A stretch of DNA of 27,900 nucleotides from Cyanophyceae cyanobacterium (GTDB lineage Bacteria; Cyanobacteriota; Cyanobacteriia; Cyanobacteriales; Laspinemataceae), in assembly GCA_038321985.1 (NCBI GenBank), contig JBBQFN010000050.1:1-27900 (forward strand). The letters are read 5' to 3'. Both the position numbers and the translations under genes were made by a program. The notes under the pieces are model-generated. The model searched no databases. It had not been told where the DNA came from and was given only the letters and a program-made list of their open reading frames with translations. How positions within the stretch are numbered: the stretch's first letter is position 1; every line of letters starts with the position of its first letter. Shown piece by piece: positions 1-10,659 of the stretch.

Positions 1-1758
1 CACGTCGATCACGGTAAAACCACCCTCGTTGACGCCCTCCTCAAACAATCTGGCATCTTCCGCGAAGGGGAAGAGGTTCCTGATTGCGTCATGGACTCCA
101 ATGACCTAGAACGGGAGCGCGGCATTACCATTCTCTCCAAAAATACTGCCGTTCGCTACAAAGAAACCCTAATTAACATCGTCGATACTCCGGGTCACGC
201 GGACTTTGGCGGCGAAGTGGAACGGGTCCTGGGGATGGTTGATGGCTGTCTACTGATTGTGGACGCCAATGAAGGCCCCATGCCTCAAACTCGCTTTGTC
301 TTGAAAAAAGCCTTAGAAAAGGGACTGCGCCCGATTGTGGTGGTTAATAAAATTGACCGCCCCTCTGCCAACCCCCACGGGGCAGTGGATAAAGTCTTAG
401 ATTTATTCATCGAACTCGGGGCGGATGATGACCAGTGCGAGTTCCCCTACCTATTTGCCTCCGGTCTTTCTGGATACGCCATAACCAACATGGAAGCAGA
501 AGGGGTGGATATGCAGCCCCTGTTTGACCTAATTCTCGATCGCGTGCCACCCCCGGTCGGAGACCCCAACAAACCCCTCCAGTTACAAGTCACCACCCTC
601 GACTATTCCGACTATGTAGGCCGAATCGTCATTGGTCGCATTCACAACGGTGTGATCAAAGCGGGTCAACAGGCGGCTTTAGTTAAAGAAGGGGGAGAAA
701 TTGTTAAGTCCAAAATCACCAAATTAATGGGATTTGAAGGACTCAATCGCGTGGATATGGCAGAAGCCTCGGCCGGTTATATTGTCGCGGTTGCTGGTTT
801 TGCAGATGCTAATATTGGCGAGACCATTACTTGTCCCAATGAACCCCTAGCGTTGCCTTTAATTAAGGTGGATGAACCCACCTTGCAGATGACATTCTGG
901 GTGAATGATTCCCCCTTTGCCGGACAAGAAGGCAGCTTTGTCACCTCTCGGCAATTGCGCGATCGCCTCTTCCGGGAACTGGAAACTAACGTCGCCCTCC
1001 GCGTCGAAGAAACCGAGTCCCCGGATAAATACCTCGTTTCCGGACGGGGTGAGTTGCACTTGGGTATCCTCATCGAAACCATGCGTCGAGAAGGATACGA
1101 ATTCCAAGTTTCCCAGCCCCAGGTCATCTACCGCGAAATCAACGGTCAACCTTGTGAACCGTTTGAATGTCTGGTTCTGGACGTTCCCGAAGAAGGAGTG
1201 GGCGGTTGTATGCAGCGCCTCGGAGAACGACGAGGGGAAATGCAAGATATGCGCGCCAATGCCACGGGACGCACTCAACTGGAATTTGCGATTCCGGCAC
1301 GGGGTTTAATCGGGTTCCGAGGCGAGTTTATGCGTCTGACTCGCGGTGCCGGAATTATGAACCATAGCTTCCTAGATTATCGCCCCCTCGCCGGAGATAT
1401 TGAAGCCCGTCGCAATGGTGTGATTATTGCCTTTGAGGAAGGGGCTGCAACGTTCTACTCGTTGAAAAATGCGGAAGACCGAGGCGTGTTCTTTATTACT
1501 CCGGGTACGAAAGTATATAAAGGCATGATTGTCGGGGAGCATAACCGTCCTCAAGACTTAGATTTGAACGTCGCGAAAACGAAGCAGTTGAGCAACGTGC
1601 GCTCTTCCACAGGAGATGAACTGGTTCAGTTACAAGCGCCGGTGGAAATGAGTTTAGAACGGGCATTAGAATACATCGGCCCGGAAGAGTTGTTAGAAGT
1701 AACACCGGAATCGATTCGCTTGCGGAAGATGAACGTTAAGAAGTTGGCGAAACGCTAA
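1..1758 (+). CDS. typA: Translational GTPase TypA/BipA, 5' end lies upstream of the window
   Basis: Frame 1 is open from base 1 and reads [14 protein letters not shown] (G1). It also has [42 protein letters not shown] and the BipA C-terminal [12 protein letters not shown]. Confidence 0.97.
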   Translation, partial: HVDHGKTTLVDALLKQSGIFREGEEVPDCVMDSNDLERERGITILSKNTAVRYKETLINIVDTPGHADFGGEVERVLGMVDGCLLIVDANEGPMPQTRFVLKKALEKGLRPIVVVNKIDRPSANPHGAVDKVLDLFIELGADDDQCEFPYLFASGLSGYAITNMEAEGVDMQPLFDLILDRVPPPVGDPNKPLQLQVTTLDYSDYVGRIVIGRIHNGVIKAGQQAALVKEGGEIVKSKITKLMGFEGLNRVDMAEASAGYIVAVAGFADANIGETITCPNEPLALPLIKVDEPTLQMTFWVNDSPFAGQEGSFVTSRQLRDRLFRELETNVALRVEETESPDKYLVSGRGELHLGILIETMRREGYEFQVSQPQVIYREINGQPCEPFECLVLDVPEEGVGGCMQRLGERRGEMQDMRANATGRTQLEFAIPARGLIGFRGEFMRLTRGAGIMNHSFLDYRPLAGDIEARRNGVIIAFEEGAATFYSLKNAEDRGVFFITPGTKVYKGMIVGEHNRPQDLDLNVAKTKQLSNVRSSTGDELVQLQAPVEMSLERALEYIGPEELLEVTPESIRLRKMNVKKLAKR

Positions 1759-1801
1759 TTAATGTGAGAGTGGCGGACAGGCTCAAAGCTGCCGTCACAC
1801 A

Positions 1802-1829
1802 AAAAAAGCCCGCCTAGGCGGGCTTTTTT
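1802..1829. terminator. Bidirectional intrinsic terminator between convergent typA and pilT
   Basis: Perfect 28-bp palindrome AAAAAAGCCCGCCTAGGCGGGCTTTTTT, giving a T-tract on both strands. Confidence 0.9.
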
Positions 1830-1902
1830 ATTGGATGTAACGACTGAAGTCATTATCTTGAGTTTGTAGTAACGACTTGCTGTCGTTTCTTCCTCCCCAG
1901 AA

Positions 1903-3126
1903 TCAAGCAAAATCCCGAGGCGATCGCGAGGCGTCAAATCCGCCTGTACGAATCAGGCGATCAAGTTCTCCTGGATCAGGAGAATGCATCTCGGCGACTT
2001 CGATCGCCACTCGCCCTTCCATGACTTTTCGATACAGGTCCTGATTCATCACCTGCATTCCTTCATAAGTATCAGAATGCATTAAGGCAAAGGCAGCATC
2101 ATCATCTCCCTTATACAGGTAATCCTGCATCGTGGTAGTATTGACCAAAATATCATTGATAGTAGTCCGTCCTCCATCCGTAGTGGGAAGCAACAGTTGA
2201 GCGATAACTGCATAAAGGGTTTCCACTAGCTGAATTCGGATCGCCGTTTGTTCTTCTGGGTTAAATAAATTTAACAGCCGGTTAATGGAACTGATGGCAG
2301 TACGAGTGTGGAGGGTTCCTAATACTAAGTGGCCGGTTTGGGCAGCTTGTAGGGCAATATTCACCGTGACGCGATCGCGCATTTCCCCAATTAAAATCAC
2401 ATCAGGATCCTCACGCAAAGCCGATTTCAAGCTGGCGTGGAAGTCCTCCGTATGCAGTCCCACTTCCCGTTGGGAGATCAAACAACTTTTTGAACTATGT
2501 ACATATTCAATGGGATCTTCGATAGAAATGACGTGCTTATAGCTGCTTTCATTTAAACAACGAATCATCGCCGCCATGGTAGTAGATTTCCCTGAACCCG
2601 TAGGACCCGTCACCAACACCAACCCTTGAGAATGGGAAATTATTTTTTTAAGAACTTCAGGTAGGCGCAGTTCGTCGATAGAAGGAACATGGAGGTCAAT
2701 CAAGCGCAGGACCATCGCCCCACCCATCAGGGTTTCAAAGCAATTAACCCGACAGCGAATAAAGCCCGGATAGAAAATTGCTGTATCCAGTTCTTTGCTT
2801 TTGGCAAATTGAGTACGCTGGGAGGGAGTGAGAATTTCGTTCAGATACTCGTTAAAAAGTTCCGGGGTGAGACGCCCTTGTTCTGGGGCTTCGCGCATTT
2901 GTCCCCGGATTCTGAATCGCGGCACTTCTCCAACGCGAATGTGAATATCTGAGGCTTTGCAACTATGGGCTTGTTCTACAAGGGCTCTGATATAAGTCGT
3001 CTGAGTTTGTGCCGGTTGCGCTGCCTTGTGGGTGGACATCCCAGGGGGTGGCGGTGGCGGTGGCGGCAGCACTCTGGGAGTTCCGCTAGATTTTTGTCTT
3101 TTTATAGAACTATTTGTGATAGCCAT
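1903..3126 (-). CDS. pilT: Type IV pilus retraction ATPase, PilT/PilU family (PilT2-like, Pro-rich N-terminus)
   Basis: ASDIHI, GLVLVTGPTGSGKSTT (Walker A), IEDPIEY, ALREDPDVILIGEMRD, TGHLVLGTLH. The canonical AIRNLIRE position reads TMQDYLYK. Confidence 0.92.
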   Translation of the reverse strand: MAITNSSIKRQKSSGTPRVLPPPPPPPPGMSTHKAAQPAQTQTTYIRALVEQAHSCKASDIHIRVGEVPRFRIRGQMREAPEQGRLTPELFNEYLNEILTPSQRTQFAKSKELDTAIFYPGFIRCRVNCFETLMGGAMVLRLIDLHVPSIDELRLPEVLKKIISHSQGLVLVTGPTGSGKSTTMAAMIRCLNESSYKHVISIEDPIEYVHSSKSCLISQREVGLHTEDFHASLKSALREDPDVILIGEMRDRVTVNIALQAAQTGHLVLGTLHTRTAISSINRLLNLFNPEEQTAIRIQLVETLYAVIAQLLLPTTDGGRTTINDILVNTTTMQDYLYKGDDDAAFALMHSDTYEGMQVMNQDLYRKVMEGRVAIEVAEMHSPDPGELDRLIRTGGFDASRSPRDFA

Positions 3127-3556
3127 TTTTTTTCTCCTGCGATCGGCGATCGCTCCTGAAGTTTACTAAAATGAGTAAAAATACGATTGACCGGGGTGGA
3201 CGTCGGGGGGGTCGGTCAATTTTTTGATGTATTTACTGATATTGTAGAAAAATTTTTCAGAATTGGAGGGCGGCTTTTAGCGGGTTCTAAATTTTTATCG
3301 ATATTTTAGGGAGCTTTTGGTAACTGTGCATAGATTGAGCTAAATCACATCTATCAAAAGTAAGAATATAAGCACATCTATAAGCACCTCTCTCTATCAG
3401 TTAGATAATTCGTTTGGAAGGGGTAGCCTCTTGCTTCATCCTATGGCAGGAGAACTCCTCCCATATCCAGTTTTTAAAAGTCCTTTTTCTCTTTAACTTC
3501 CTGGGGTTGTTTATGTAGCCGCACCGGACTGGGTGGCAGTTTTTAGGTCCAGGAAC

Positions 3557-4279
3557 CTAGAAAATTGGCACATCGCGCTCATCGTCGTGAGGCGGTTTAT
3601 ATATATACTCCCGATCAAACTGTAAATCTTTGGCTAACTCTCCTAAGTTTTCTATATTTTCAAGTTTAAAGACCTCAAAAATATAATCTAATATTTTTTC
3701 TTCACTTAAGCCTCGTTTAGTATAATAGTAACTGCCACTTACATCTCGATTAACCAGTTTTTCCTGAATTAATTTATCGCGAGCGGGTTTAATATAACGA
3801 TAAAATATCATGACTTGAACGGCATAACGGCCTTGAATTTCAAAGAACCGCTGTTGTTCGATAAAACTCATTTTAAAAATTATCTTAATAACTTCTATGC
3901 CTACAATAAAGTTTAAAAGATGAGTTAAATATTCTGCGGTTAAATTTTCGGGAACTGTGCCGGTTAATAGATAATACCGATAATAGTATTCGGCAATTCT
4001 TTTGGATTCCCCTGCTTCATCCACTCCAAAATGATTTAAGGCTAGATGAATGCGGTCATGGAGGTAAGTTTGAGTTTTTTGGGCCAAGCTGAGTAATTCA
4101 GATTGAATTAAATCATTTAAGGCTTGATGTTGTTGTTCAGGAGAAATACAAGCAAACAAAGTCAAAGAATTTAATAAATATCTTCGGGTACTTGGAGCCT
4201 TGGCCCGAAATTCTTCTAAGAAAGATTCCGGAATAATATGGCCTTTATCGAAGCGTTTGTGTCTAAATTCTTGAGTCAT
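3557..4279 (-). CDS. Hypothetical protein, 240 aa, AT-rich, predicted helical
   Basis: Long ORF with an ATG start and AAGGA upstream. No motif assigned with confidence. Confidence 0.7.
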   Translation of the reverse strand: MTQEFRHKRFDKGHIIPESFLEEFRAKAPSTRRYLLNSLTLFACISPEQQHQALNDLIQSELLSLAQKTQTYLHDRIHLALNHFGVDEAGESKRIAEYYYRYYLLTGTVPENLTAEYLTHLLNFIVGIEVIKIIFKMSFIEQQRFFEIQGRYAVQVMIFYRYIKPARDKLIQEKLVNRDVSGSYYYTKRGLSEEKILDYIFEVFKLENIENLGELAKDLQFDREYIYKPPHDDERDVPIF

Positions 4280-4749
4280 AGAATAAATCCTTGACGGCAG
4301 CCCTCATGATTGAATAAAGCTGATTTTAAGCCAAACTCCGGGTTGCTCCCTCTATATAACCTAAGAAACACTTCGCTCAACAGCGGGGGGTTACTTCTAC
4401 CCCCTGCCGCATCGGGGAGGAGAAGGGGAATTTCCAGGGAGAAACCCGGATCCCTGACCGTGGAGCCACATCACTAAAGGGTTCCAATAGCCAGGGATCA
4501 CGCAAGGGGGTTGAAGGAACAGGAATTGCAGAAACAGCGATCGCAGCAGGCGGGTTGCCAGGGTCTAGCTTTACCAAGGATTGAGGATTTGACGTCTGTG
4601 CGGAGGGGTCGCGAATTATGCTGAACGGGGGTATCCAGCTCAAGGAAAAATAGAAAGCACTTTCCCTCATCTTATCTTAGTTTGGTAAGATTTGAAGCCT
4701 TTAAAGAATACCGGAATCGTTTCCCAGGATTTGGAAACCGAATCAGCCT

Positions 4750-5277
4750 CTAGCTGAACCATAGTAACCCACCAACCAGCAACGAGATCGCCACAATTGC
4801 CACCCAAACAAATCCATTGTCTTGGGTATTAATTTGGGAGAGGTCCTCGAAAGATAGTTCCGATTCGGGAGACTTAGAGTCGGGCTTTTTTTCCGTCGCC
4901 GTCATACTGACTTGAGCAACTTTTGAGGTACCCTCATCTAAGGTACTCATATCAGGAATGGAGACAAGCCATTCTGGACGGGATTGGAGTTCGGGGGCTT
5001 CTAAAATATAGGCCAAGCGCTTGGCTTGTTTGCGAGTTTCGATGCTAGGATGGCGCATGAGAGTTTTGCACAAGGCGATCGCCTCAGATGAGCGTCCTGC
5101 CGCCTGGTAAGCCGTGACTAACCACATCAGTGACTCTCCCCCTAAGGGGGAATTGCGATCGACCAATTGGCTTGCTTTTGCTAAGAATTGTACCGCTTCT
5201 CGATACTGGCCTCGCTCAAATGCGTCTTTGCCCATCTGGTACTCGATCTTAAATTGCTCTAAGGGTTCTGTACTCAC
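4750..5277 (-). CDS. TPR-containing protein with C-terminal transmembrane anchor
   Basis: YQMGKDAFERGQYREAVQFL and WLVTAYQAAGRSSEAIALC TPR-like helices, a PELQSRPEW motif and a hydrophobic tail. Confidence 0.85.
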   Translation of the reverse strand: MSTEPLEQFKIEYQMGKDAFERGQYREAVQFLAKASQLVDRNSPLGGESLMWLVTAYQAAGRSSEAIALCKTLMRHPSIETRKQAKRLAYILEAPELQSRPEWLVSIPDMSTLDEGTSKVAQVSMTATEKKPDSKSPESELSFEDLSQINTQDNGFVWVAIVAISLLVGGLLWFS

Positions 5278-5418
5278 GATTTTTCTATAAAATGTCGTTC
5301 AGGATTGCTGACAAAGCAAATCTACTGAATCATTTTAGCGTTACTTCGCGTCACCCAACTGGGTACTCGATTTGATTGACTCTGGTGATCCCATTTTATC
5401 GTGTTTTGAGGTCAAAAA

Positions 5419-5844
5419 ATGTTTGATAAATTTCGTCGATTTAGAGCCTCCCATCCCCTGGCCCTCACCTTGGCACCCATGGCGATCGCGGTAGCGGTGT
5501 TTCAGATGGGCACCCCAGCGGCTGATGCCAATGTATCGATCGTCATTGATCGGGGGATTTCGATACAGGTGGGACAACCACAGATGGTCCCGTATGGTTA
5601 CCCGCGCGTCTATCGGGGACAACACAATTCCTATTATCCTCCGAATTATTACCCCCAATATTATCCCCAACGGGGACAACCTACCATTCGGAATTCTACT
5701 TTAATTAATCCCACAGTAATTGATTCCCACATCGAAAATTCTACCTTAATTAATCCGGTGATTATTGACTCTCAATACCGAAACGGCCCAATTTATCGAC
5801 CTCCCACTAATCGGGTGCGCGGGGTTCTCCCCAGTTCTTTGTAA
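5419..5844 (+). CDS. Putative secreted protein with YYP repeats and a duplicated NSTLINP motif
   Basis: GAGG RBS, signal-peptide-like N-terminus (…PAADA), YYPPNYYPQYYPQ and IRNSTLINPTVIDS/IENSTLINPVIIDS. Followed by a terminator. Confidence 0.8.
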   Translation: MFDKFRRFRASHPLALTLAPMAIAVAVFQMGTPAADANVSIVIDRGISIQVGQPQMVPYGYPRVYRGQHNSYYPPNYYPQYYPQRGQPTIRNSTLINPTVIDSHIENSTLINPVIIDSQYRNGPIYRPPTNRVRGVLPSSL

Positions 5845-5867
5845 GTTTTTGGGGCTTTTAGGATGGC

Positions 5868-5894
5868 ATCCGGCAGAGTAACTGCCGGATTTTT
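5868..5894 (+). terminator. Intrinsic terminator
   Basis: ATCCGGCAG-AGTAA-CTGCCGGAT followed by TTTT. Confidence 0.7.
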
Positions 5895-5992
5895 AATTCC
5901 GATCAAATGTCAATAAAGCCGATTGGCGTTGTTAAGGGAGGTTGGGGTGAACAATTGGTTATTTTGCCAGCAAATAATACCGAGTGAGAAGA

Positions 5993-7021
5993 TTAAGCCC
6001 GACGTAAGCGAAGATGACGTTGAATCATTAAGGATCGCTTGTCTAACAAGGTCATGAAAATAGGCATTTCCGGCGCAGCACGATGACCTAAATTCAAGGT
6101 CCGTACCGCACTATCAAAAGTTTCCCCCCGGGTCATCCGTTCCGAAATATCCCCCAAGTCATCCCAAGTCAAATCGCTGTCAATATAAGCTTTTGCCATG
6201 GCAATCAATATCGATTCATGGGGATTCCCCTCCCCTTGGGTCATCATCGTGTGAGGAATATCTAAAACACGGTCAAAAATATGATACCAACTTCTGGGAG
6301 TCCGAGGGTGAACCGATTCAAATAACGTGCGATGTTCCCGATGACCCACGGCACGATCGCTCTCACTCGAAACAATAAACATCGGTGCTGACCCTTCTCT
6401 TTTGGCCCGATTCAGGACATCTCCCCCCATCAGCAAAACGGTTTTCAGGGCTTCCACTTCAAACCCATTGTACCCATACCGCGCCTGTCCGGGTCGCGGT
6501 GTACCCCAATCACAATAATCCGGAGTCAGCTTTCGCACAAACAAATCCAAAACCCGGCTGCTACTACTCAAATAGGGTGCAAACAAGAGACAACCCGCAA
6601 TATCCTTACAGCGTTCCAATGCTAACCATGCTGCCACGGTGCCACCCCCAGACAACCCGCCAATATAGACTTCTTCGCCGAGTTCTTGAGCGCGATCGAG
6701 CCACTCTTGGGCAAAATTTTGATATACTCCAGCCGAAGTCGGTAAAGGGGCAGGATTCTGACGACTCCAATCCCCCCCATGACCATGACCGGGCATTAAG
6801 GGGACTAAAACATTGTAACCCGCCTTAAAGAAAGCCTCTCCCATGGGCACAAACTGCCAAGGTGCGGCAGTAAACCCGTGAAAGAATACCAACACTTTTT
6901 TAGTCCGTCGAGGATGCAGAAAAAAGCGCGATCGGCAGCTTTCATTTAGGAGAGGGAGAGCATCTTCGCGGCTTTTGGAGTTGCAGACAAATTCGGCGAT
7001 CGCGCTAGAGTAATTCAACAT
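5993..7021 (-). CDS. Alpha/beta hydrolase (carboxylesterase/lipase-like)
   Basis: FFHGFTA oxyanion motif, PLMPGHG, GGLSGGG nucleophile elbow, SESDRAV (Asp) and IPHTM (His). Confidence 0.88.
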   Translation of the reverse strand: MLNYSSAIAEFVCNSKSREDALPLLNESCRSRFFLHPRRTKKVLVFFHGFTAAPWQFVPMGEAFFKAGYNVLVPLMPGHGHGGDWSRQNPAPLPTSAGVYQNFAQEWLDRAQELGEEVYIGGLSGGGTVAAWLALERCKDIAGCLLFAPYLSSSSRVLDLFVRKLTPDYCDWGTPRPGQARYGYNGFEVEALKTVLLMGGDVLNRAKREGSAPMFIVSSESDRAVGHREHRTLFESVHPRTPRSWYHIFDRVLDIPHTMMTQGEGNPHESILIAMAKAYIDSDLTWDDLGDISERMTRGETFDSAVRTLNLGHRAAPEMPIFMTLLDKRSLMIQRHLRLRRA

Positions 7022-7036
7022 TTAAACACCCGATAA

Positions 7037-7081
7037 AGTCAGAAGGATCGAGGACATATAGTGTATTTCATCCTTCTGACT
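7037..7081. terminator. Stem-loop between argB and the hydrolase gene (terminator or processing signal)
   Basis: 12-bp inverted repeat AGTCAGAAGGAT (7037-7048) / ATCCTTCTGACT (7070-7081) with only a weak T-tract. Confidence 0.4.
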
Positions 7082-7117
7082 CCGCAATCCTGATATAATT
7101 AAAAAGTGACGGGAAAT

Positions 7118-8014
7118 TTACCGGCGGTATTCCGAAGCCACAATCATCGAACCAATGCCGGAATCGGTCAAAATTTCCAACAAGAGAGAATGATTGATCC
7201 GACCGTCAATAATGTGAGCCGCTTTTACCCCTTGGGCCAAACTTCGCACACAACAGGTCACTTTGGGAATCATACCACCGGAAACTACCCCGCTTTTCAT
7301 CAGTTCCCGCGCTTGTTGAATATCCACTTGGGGGAGGAGGGTAGAAGGGTCTTTCGGGTCCTGTAAAATCCCGGCGGTGTCTGTCATCAGGATTAATTTT
7401 TCTGCCCCCAGGGCGGCAGCGAGTTCTCCGGCGATCGTATCGGCATTGATATTATACGATTGACCGGCTTCGTCCGCAGCGACACTGGATACAACGGGGA
7501 TATAGCCGGCTTTGACTAAGGCTTCTAAAATTTTGGTATTTACGGAACTGACTTCCCCGACAAAGCCGATACTTTCATCGCCTTGGGGACGTGCGGTGAT
7601 TAAATTACCATCTTTGCCGCACAACCCGACAGCAGAACCCCCCGCTTGGTTGATTAGGGCGACAATTTCTTTGTTGACACGGCCTACTAATACCATCTCT
7701 ACTACATCCATCGTCGGCGCGTCAGTAACCCGCAGGCCATTTTTAAATTGGGGTTCGATGCCTAGTTTGTCAAGCCAACTATTGATTTCCGGACCGCCAC
7801 CGTGGACGAGGACAGGCCGGACCCCAACACAGGCCAGGAATACCAAATCGCGCATCACTTGGTCCTTAAGGGTGCTATCTTTCATCGCTGCACCCCCATA
7901 TTTGACAACGATAGTCCGTCCGGCAAATTGCTGAATATAGGGGAGTGCTTCGCTAAGCACCTGCACCCGCATCGCATCGGTTTCTTCTTGGCTGAGTTGT
8001 TTCTCGGTAAGCAT
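7118..8014 (-). CDS. argB: Acetylglutamate kinase (ATG at 8014 preferred; ORF extends to GTG 8038)
   Basis: [60 protein letters not shown]. Confidence 0.97.
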   Translation of the reverse strand: MLTEKQLSQEETDAMRVQVLSEALPYIQQFAGRTIVVKYGGAAMKDSTLKDQVMRDLVFLACVGVRPVLVHGGGPEINSWLDKLGIEPQFKNGLRVTDAPTMDVVEMVLVGRVNKEIVALINQAGGSAVGLCGKDGNLITARPQGDESIGFVGEVSSVNTKILEALVKAGYIPVVSSVAADEAGQSYNINADTIAGELAAALGAEKLILMTDTAGILQDPKDPSTLLPQVDIQQARELMKSGVVSGGMIPKVTCCVRSLAQGVKAAHIIDGRINHSLLLEILTDSGIGSMIVASEYRR

Positions 8015-8128
8015 GGGTATTCCCTGAAAATGGGTCACTCCTAGCTTATGGCAATTTTTCAGCCCTGAGAATCATCAGAAAAATTTGGGTTCGGGGCGAT
8101 CGCCGATTAGCCCCTGGAAAGGGAGGAG

Positions 8129-8677
8129 TTAGTTCTGATTGGCATTGCGTTTGAGGATTTTGGAAATTTCCTCTAAAACTCTCGTAGCGATTTGTTCCGG
8201 GGTGTCTTCGGGCCCGACAACCACGCGCACATCAGCTTGTGCGTAGAGGGATTGCCGTTGGTCAAGGAGCGATCGCAGTTTACCCATTGGGTCAGGGTCT
8301 CTTAACAATGGCCGGGTGGTATCCCCTTGTAACCGCTGATAAAGTTGTTCCACTGGGACATCCAACCAGACCACCACCCCATGTTGCAAGTAACTCCAGT
8401 TTTGCCGCGTCACGATCACCCCCCCGCCCGTCGCGACCACCAGATGGGTATAGGCACACAATTCGCTTAATACTTTGCGTTCCAGTTCTCGAAAAGCAGC
8501 CTCTCCAGCTTCGGAAAAAATCTCAGTGATGGATTGACCGGCCACTTGTTCAATGAGTGTATCCGTATCAAAATAGCGATAGTCCAGTTGGGGGGCGAGA
8601 GTTTGGGCAAGGGTAGTTTTTCCAGAACCCATCATTCCGATGAGATAGAGATTGCATCCTTTAAGAAAGTGATTCAC
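8129..8677 (-). CDS. aroK: Shikimate kinase
   Basis: LIGMMGSGKTT, DTD, GEAAFRELE, VATGGG, TRPLL, R-x-x-x-Y-AQAD. Confidence 0.95.
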   Translation of the reverse strand: MNHFLKGCNLYLIGMMGSGKTTLAQTLAPQLDYRYFDTDTLIEQVAGQSITEIFSEAGEAAFRELERKVLSELCAYTHLVVATGGGVIVTRQNWSYLQHGVVVWLDVPVEQLYQRLQGDTTRPLLRDPDPMGKLRSLLDQRQSLYAQADVRVVVGPEDTPEQIATRVLEEISKILKRNANQN

Positions 8678-8819
8678 GGTTATTAATTAAGGCAGGGCGA
8701 GGTTATTTTTACCATTGTTAGGGGTGGGAAATCAAGGGTTAAGTTGAAAGCGTTACGATTATTGGATCAGGGTCCGGTTTCTTCGCTATTGCCGACTTGA
8801 TTTTACCACAGGCTGGGCT

Positions 8820-10640
8820 TTAAACCCCGCTGTTGATTGCTTGCCACAGTTTAATACTGCCGTCGGCACTCCCGCTGACGATCGCCCTTCCATTGGGTGT
8901 AAATACAACGGAGGTTACCGATGCCGAATGCGCTGCCACTAAATTTAACTCCTCTGAAGTATAGGGATTCCAAAAGCCGATCGCACCGTTGCGACTTCCT
9001 CCTACGACTAAGGGCGACTGCGGACTAAATGCAACCGCCTCAATCCAATCGGTATGGGTTAAATTTCCTAACTCTTCGCCGCTATTTACTTGCCACAATT
9101 TTATAGTATGATCTCGACTGCCGGAGGCGAGAATTTGGCTGTCGGGACTAAATGCCACCGACTGCACGATGTCTCCATGTCCTGTTAAGGTTGCTACGGC
9201 TTTTCCAGTGGGTAATTCCCATAGTTTCACCAAGCGATCGCTACTACCACTGGCTAATAATTTGCCGTCCGGAGAAATGGCGACGGATTCTACCGGCGCT
9301 TGATGTCCCGTTAAGGTTGTTAGTTGTTTGCTGGTGGTGATATTCCAGAGTTTAATCGTTGTATCGGCGCTGCCACTGGCTAAAATTGTGCCTGAAGGAT
9401 TGAGGGCAATTGCATTAATCCAGCCCTGATGGGGTGCCAACCAATCTCCCAACGATCGAAGGAGTTTTCCGGTGCCTAAATCCCATACTTTTATACTGCG
9501 ATCGCAACTACCACTGATTAACAATCTCCCATCCCGACTAAAGGTAACAGTTTGTACCCATCCGGAATGTCCTGATAGCCAATTCCCCAATTGTTGCCTC
9601 GACTTTCCCGTTACTGGATACCATAATTGGATGAGATTTTCTTCACTTCCACTGGCAAGGGTTTGGCTATCGGGACTGACTGCTACTGAGCGAATGCGGC
9701 TGCCTGTGGTCAAAGTTTCAACACATCTCCATTCCCTCGGTTGTAAGGTTTCTAATTCCTGTAACACCTCTGGGGCCGATTGATAGCGTTGACTGATTTT
9801 ATCTTGCAGTAGTTTATCGATAATAGTTCCTAAACCAGCACTCACCGGGCGGGTTAGATATTGTCGCCACGCCCACTGATTCCCATGTCGTAGATTGAAA
9901 GGACTGTTTTGGGTTAAAAGTTCAATACAAGTTACCCCTAAGCTATATAAATCACTGGCCAAGGTGGGATTTCCCTCTAATTGTTCAGATGCCGTGTATT
10001 CTGGACTACCGACTACCGTAGCACTGCCTATTCTCGGCTGATTTGATACGCTTTTAACCGCACTAAATCCCACTAACAGTAAAGAGTTTGAATGGTTTGT
10101 AGACAAGATTCCTTCCCCTGCCGGGGGACGGCGAATAATATTAGCCGGTTTGATATCCCGATGAATTACTTGGTTGGTATGAACGAAGTGCAGCAGGGGT
10201 AATATTTGTTTGAGAAATCCTAAAATTTGGGTTTCGGAAAAAGCACCCGACTCTTTAAGTTCCTCAGCTAGGTTTTTTCCCTCCATGAACTCTTGAATTA
10301 GATATTGGTGTTTATCTTGTTCAAAATAGGCCAGGAGGCGAGGGATTTGGGGATGTTGGCCGAGTCGGTCTAATTGCACAGCTTCTCGTTGAAAGAGTTC
10401 GGCAGCTTTTTGGGCTTCACTGCCGGTTCGGGGAGGAAAAAATTGCTTGATGACGCAAAAGGGTTTGGAGGGAATATCTTCATCGACGGCTAAAAAGGTG
10501 CGGCTATAGGTGCTGCTGCCGATGGGTTTTAAAGCCCGATAATGGTCTCGCAAGAGAAGTTTTGAACCGCAGGTTTGACAGAATTTATTATCGTTGGGGT
10601 TTTTGGGTTGGGGACAAGATGGATTTAAACAATGATTCAT
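8820..10640 (-). CDS. Ser/Thr kinase-like (probable pseudokinase) plus WD40 repeat protein with N-terminal 4-Cys region
   Basis: HCLNPSC…FCQTCG, VIKQ and HRDIKPANII are present, but DFG reads GFS. About seven GH…WD-type repeats follow. Confidence 0.92.
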   Translation of the reverse strand: MNHCLNPSCPQPKNPNDNKFCQTCGSKLLLRDHYRALKPIGSSTYSRTFLAVDEDIPSKPFCVIKQFFPPRTGSEAQKAAELFQREAVQLDRLGQHPQIPRLLAYFEQDKHQYLIQEFMEGKNLAEELKESGAFSETQILGFLKQILPLLHFVHTNQVIHRDIKPANIIRRPPAGEGILSTNHSNSLLLVGFSAVKSVSNQPRIGSATVVGSPEYTASEQLEGNPTLASDLYSLGVTCIELLTQNSPFNLRHGNQWAWRQYLTRPVSAGLGTIIDKLLQDKISQRYQSAPEVLQELETLQPREWRCVETLTTGSRIRSVAVSPDSQTLASGSEENLIQLWYPVTGKSRQQLGNWLSGHSGWVQTVTFSRDGRLLISGSCDRSIKVWDLGTGKLLRSLGDWLAPHQGWINAIALNPSGTILASGSADTTIKLWNITTSKQLTTLTGHQAPVESVAISPDGKLLASGSSDRLVKLWELPTGKAVATLTGHGDIVQSVAFSPDSQILASGSRDHTIKLWQVNSGEELGNLTHTDWIEAVAFSPQSPLVVGGSRNGAIGFWNPYTSEELNLVAAHSASVTSVVFTPNGRAIVSGSADGSIKLWQAINSGV

Positions 10641-10659
10641 ATCTTTAAAAATTTTAGTT

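Noticed and set aside
4377..4670. 97-aa minus-strand ORF
   Set aside because: Pro/Ser-rich with no recognisable motif or clear RBS. It cannot be supported as a gene, though it is not excluded.
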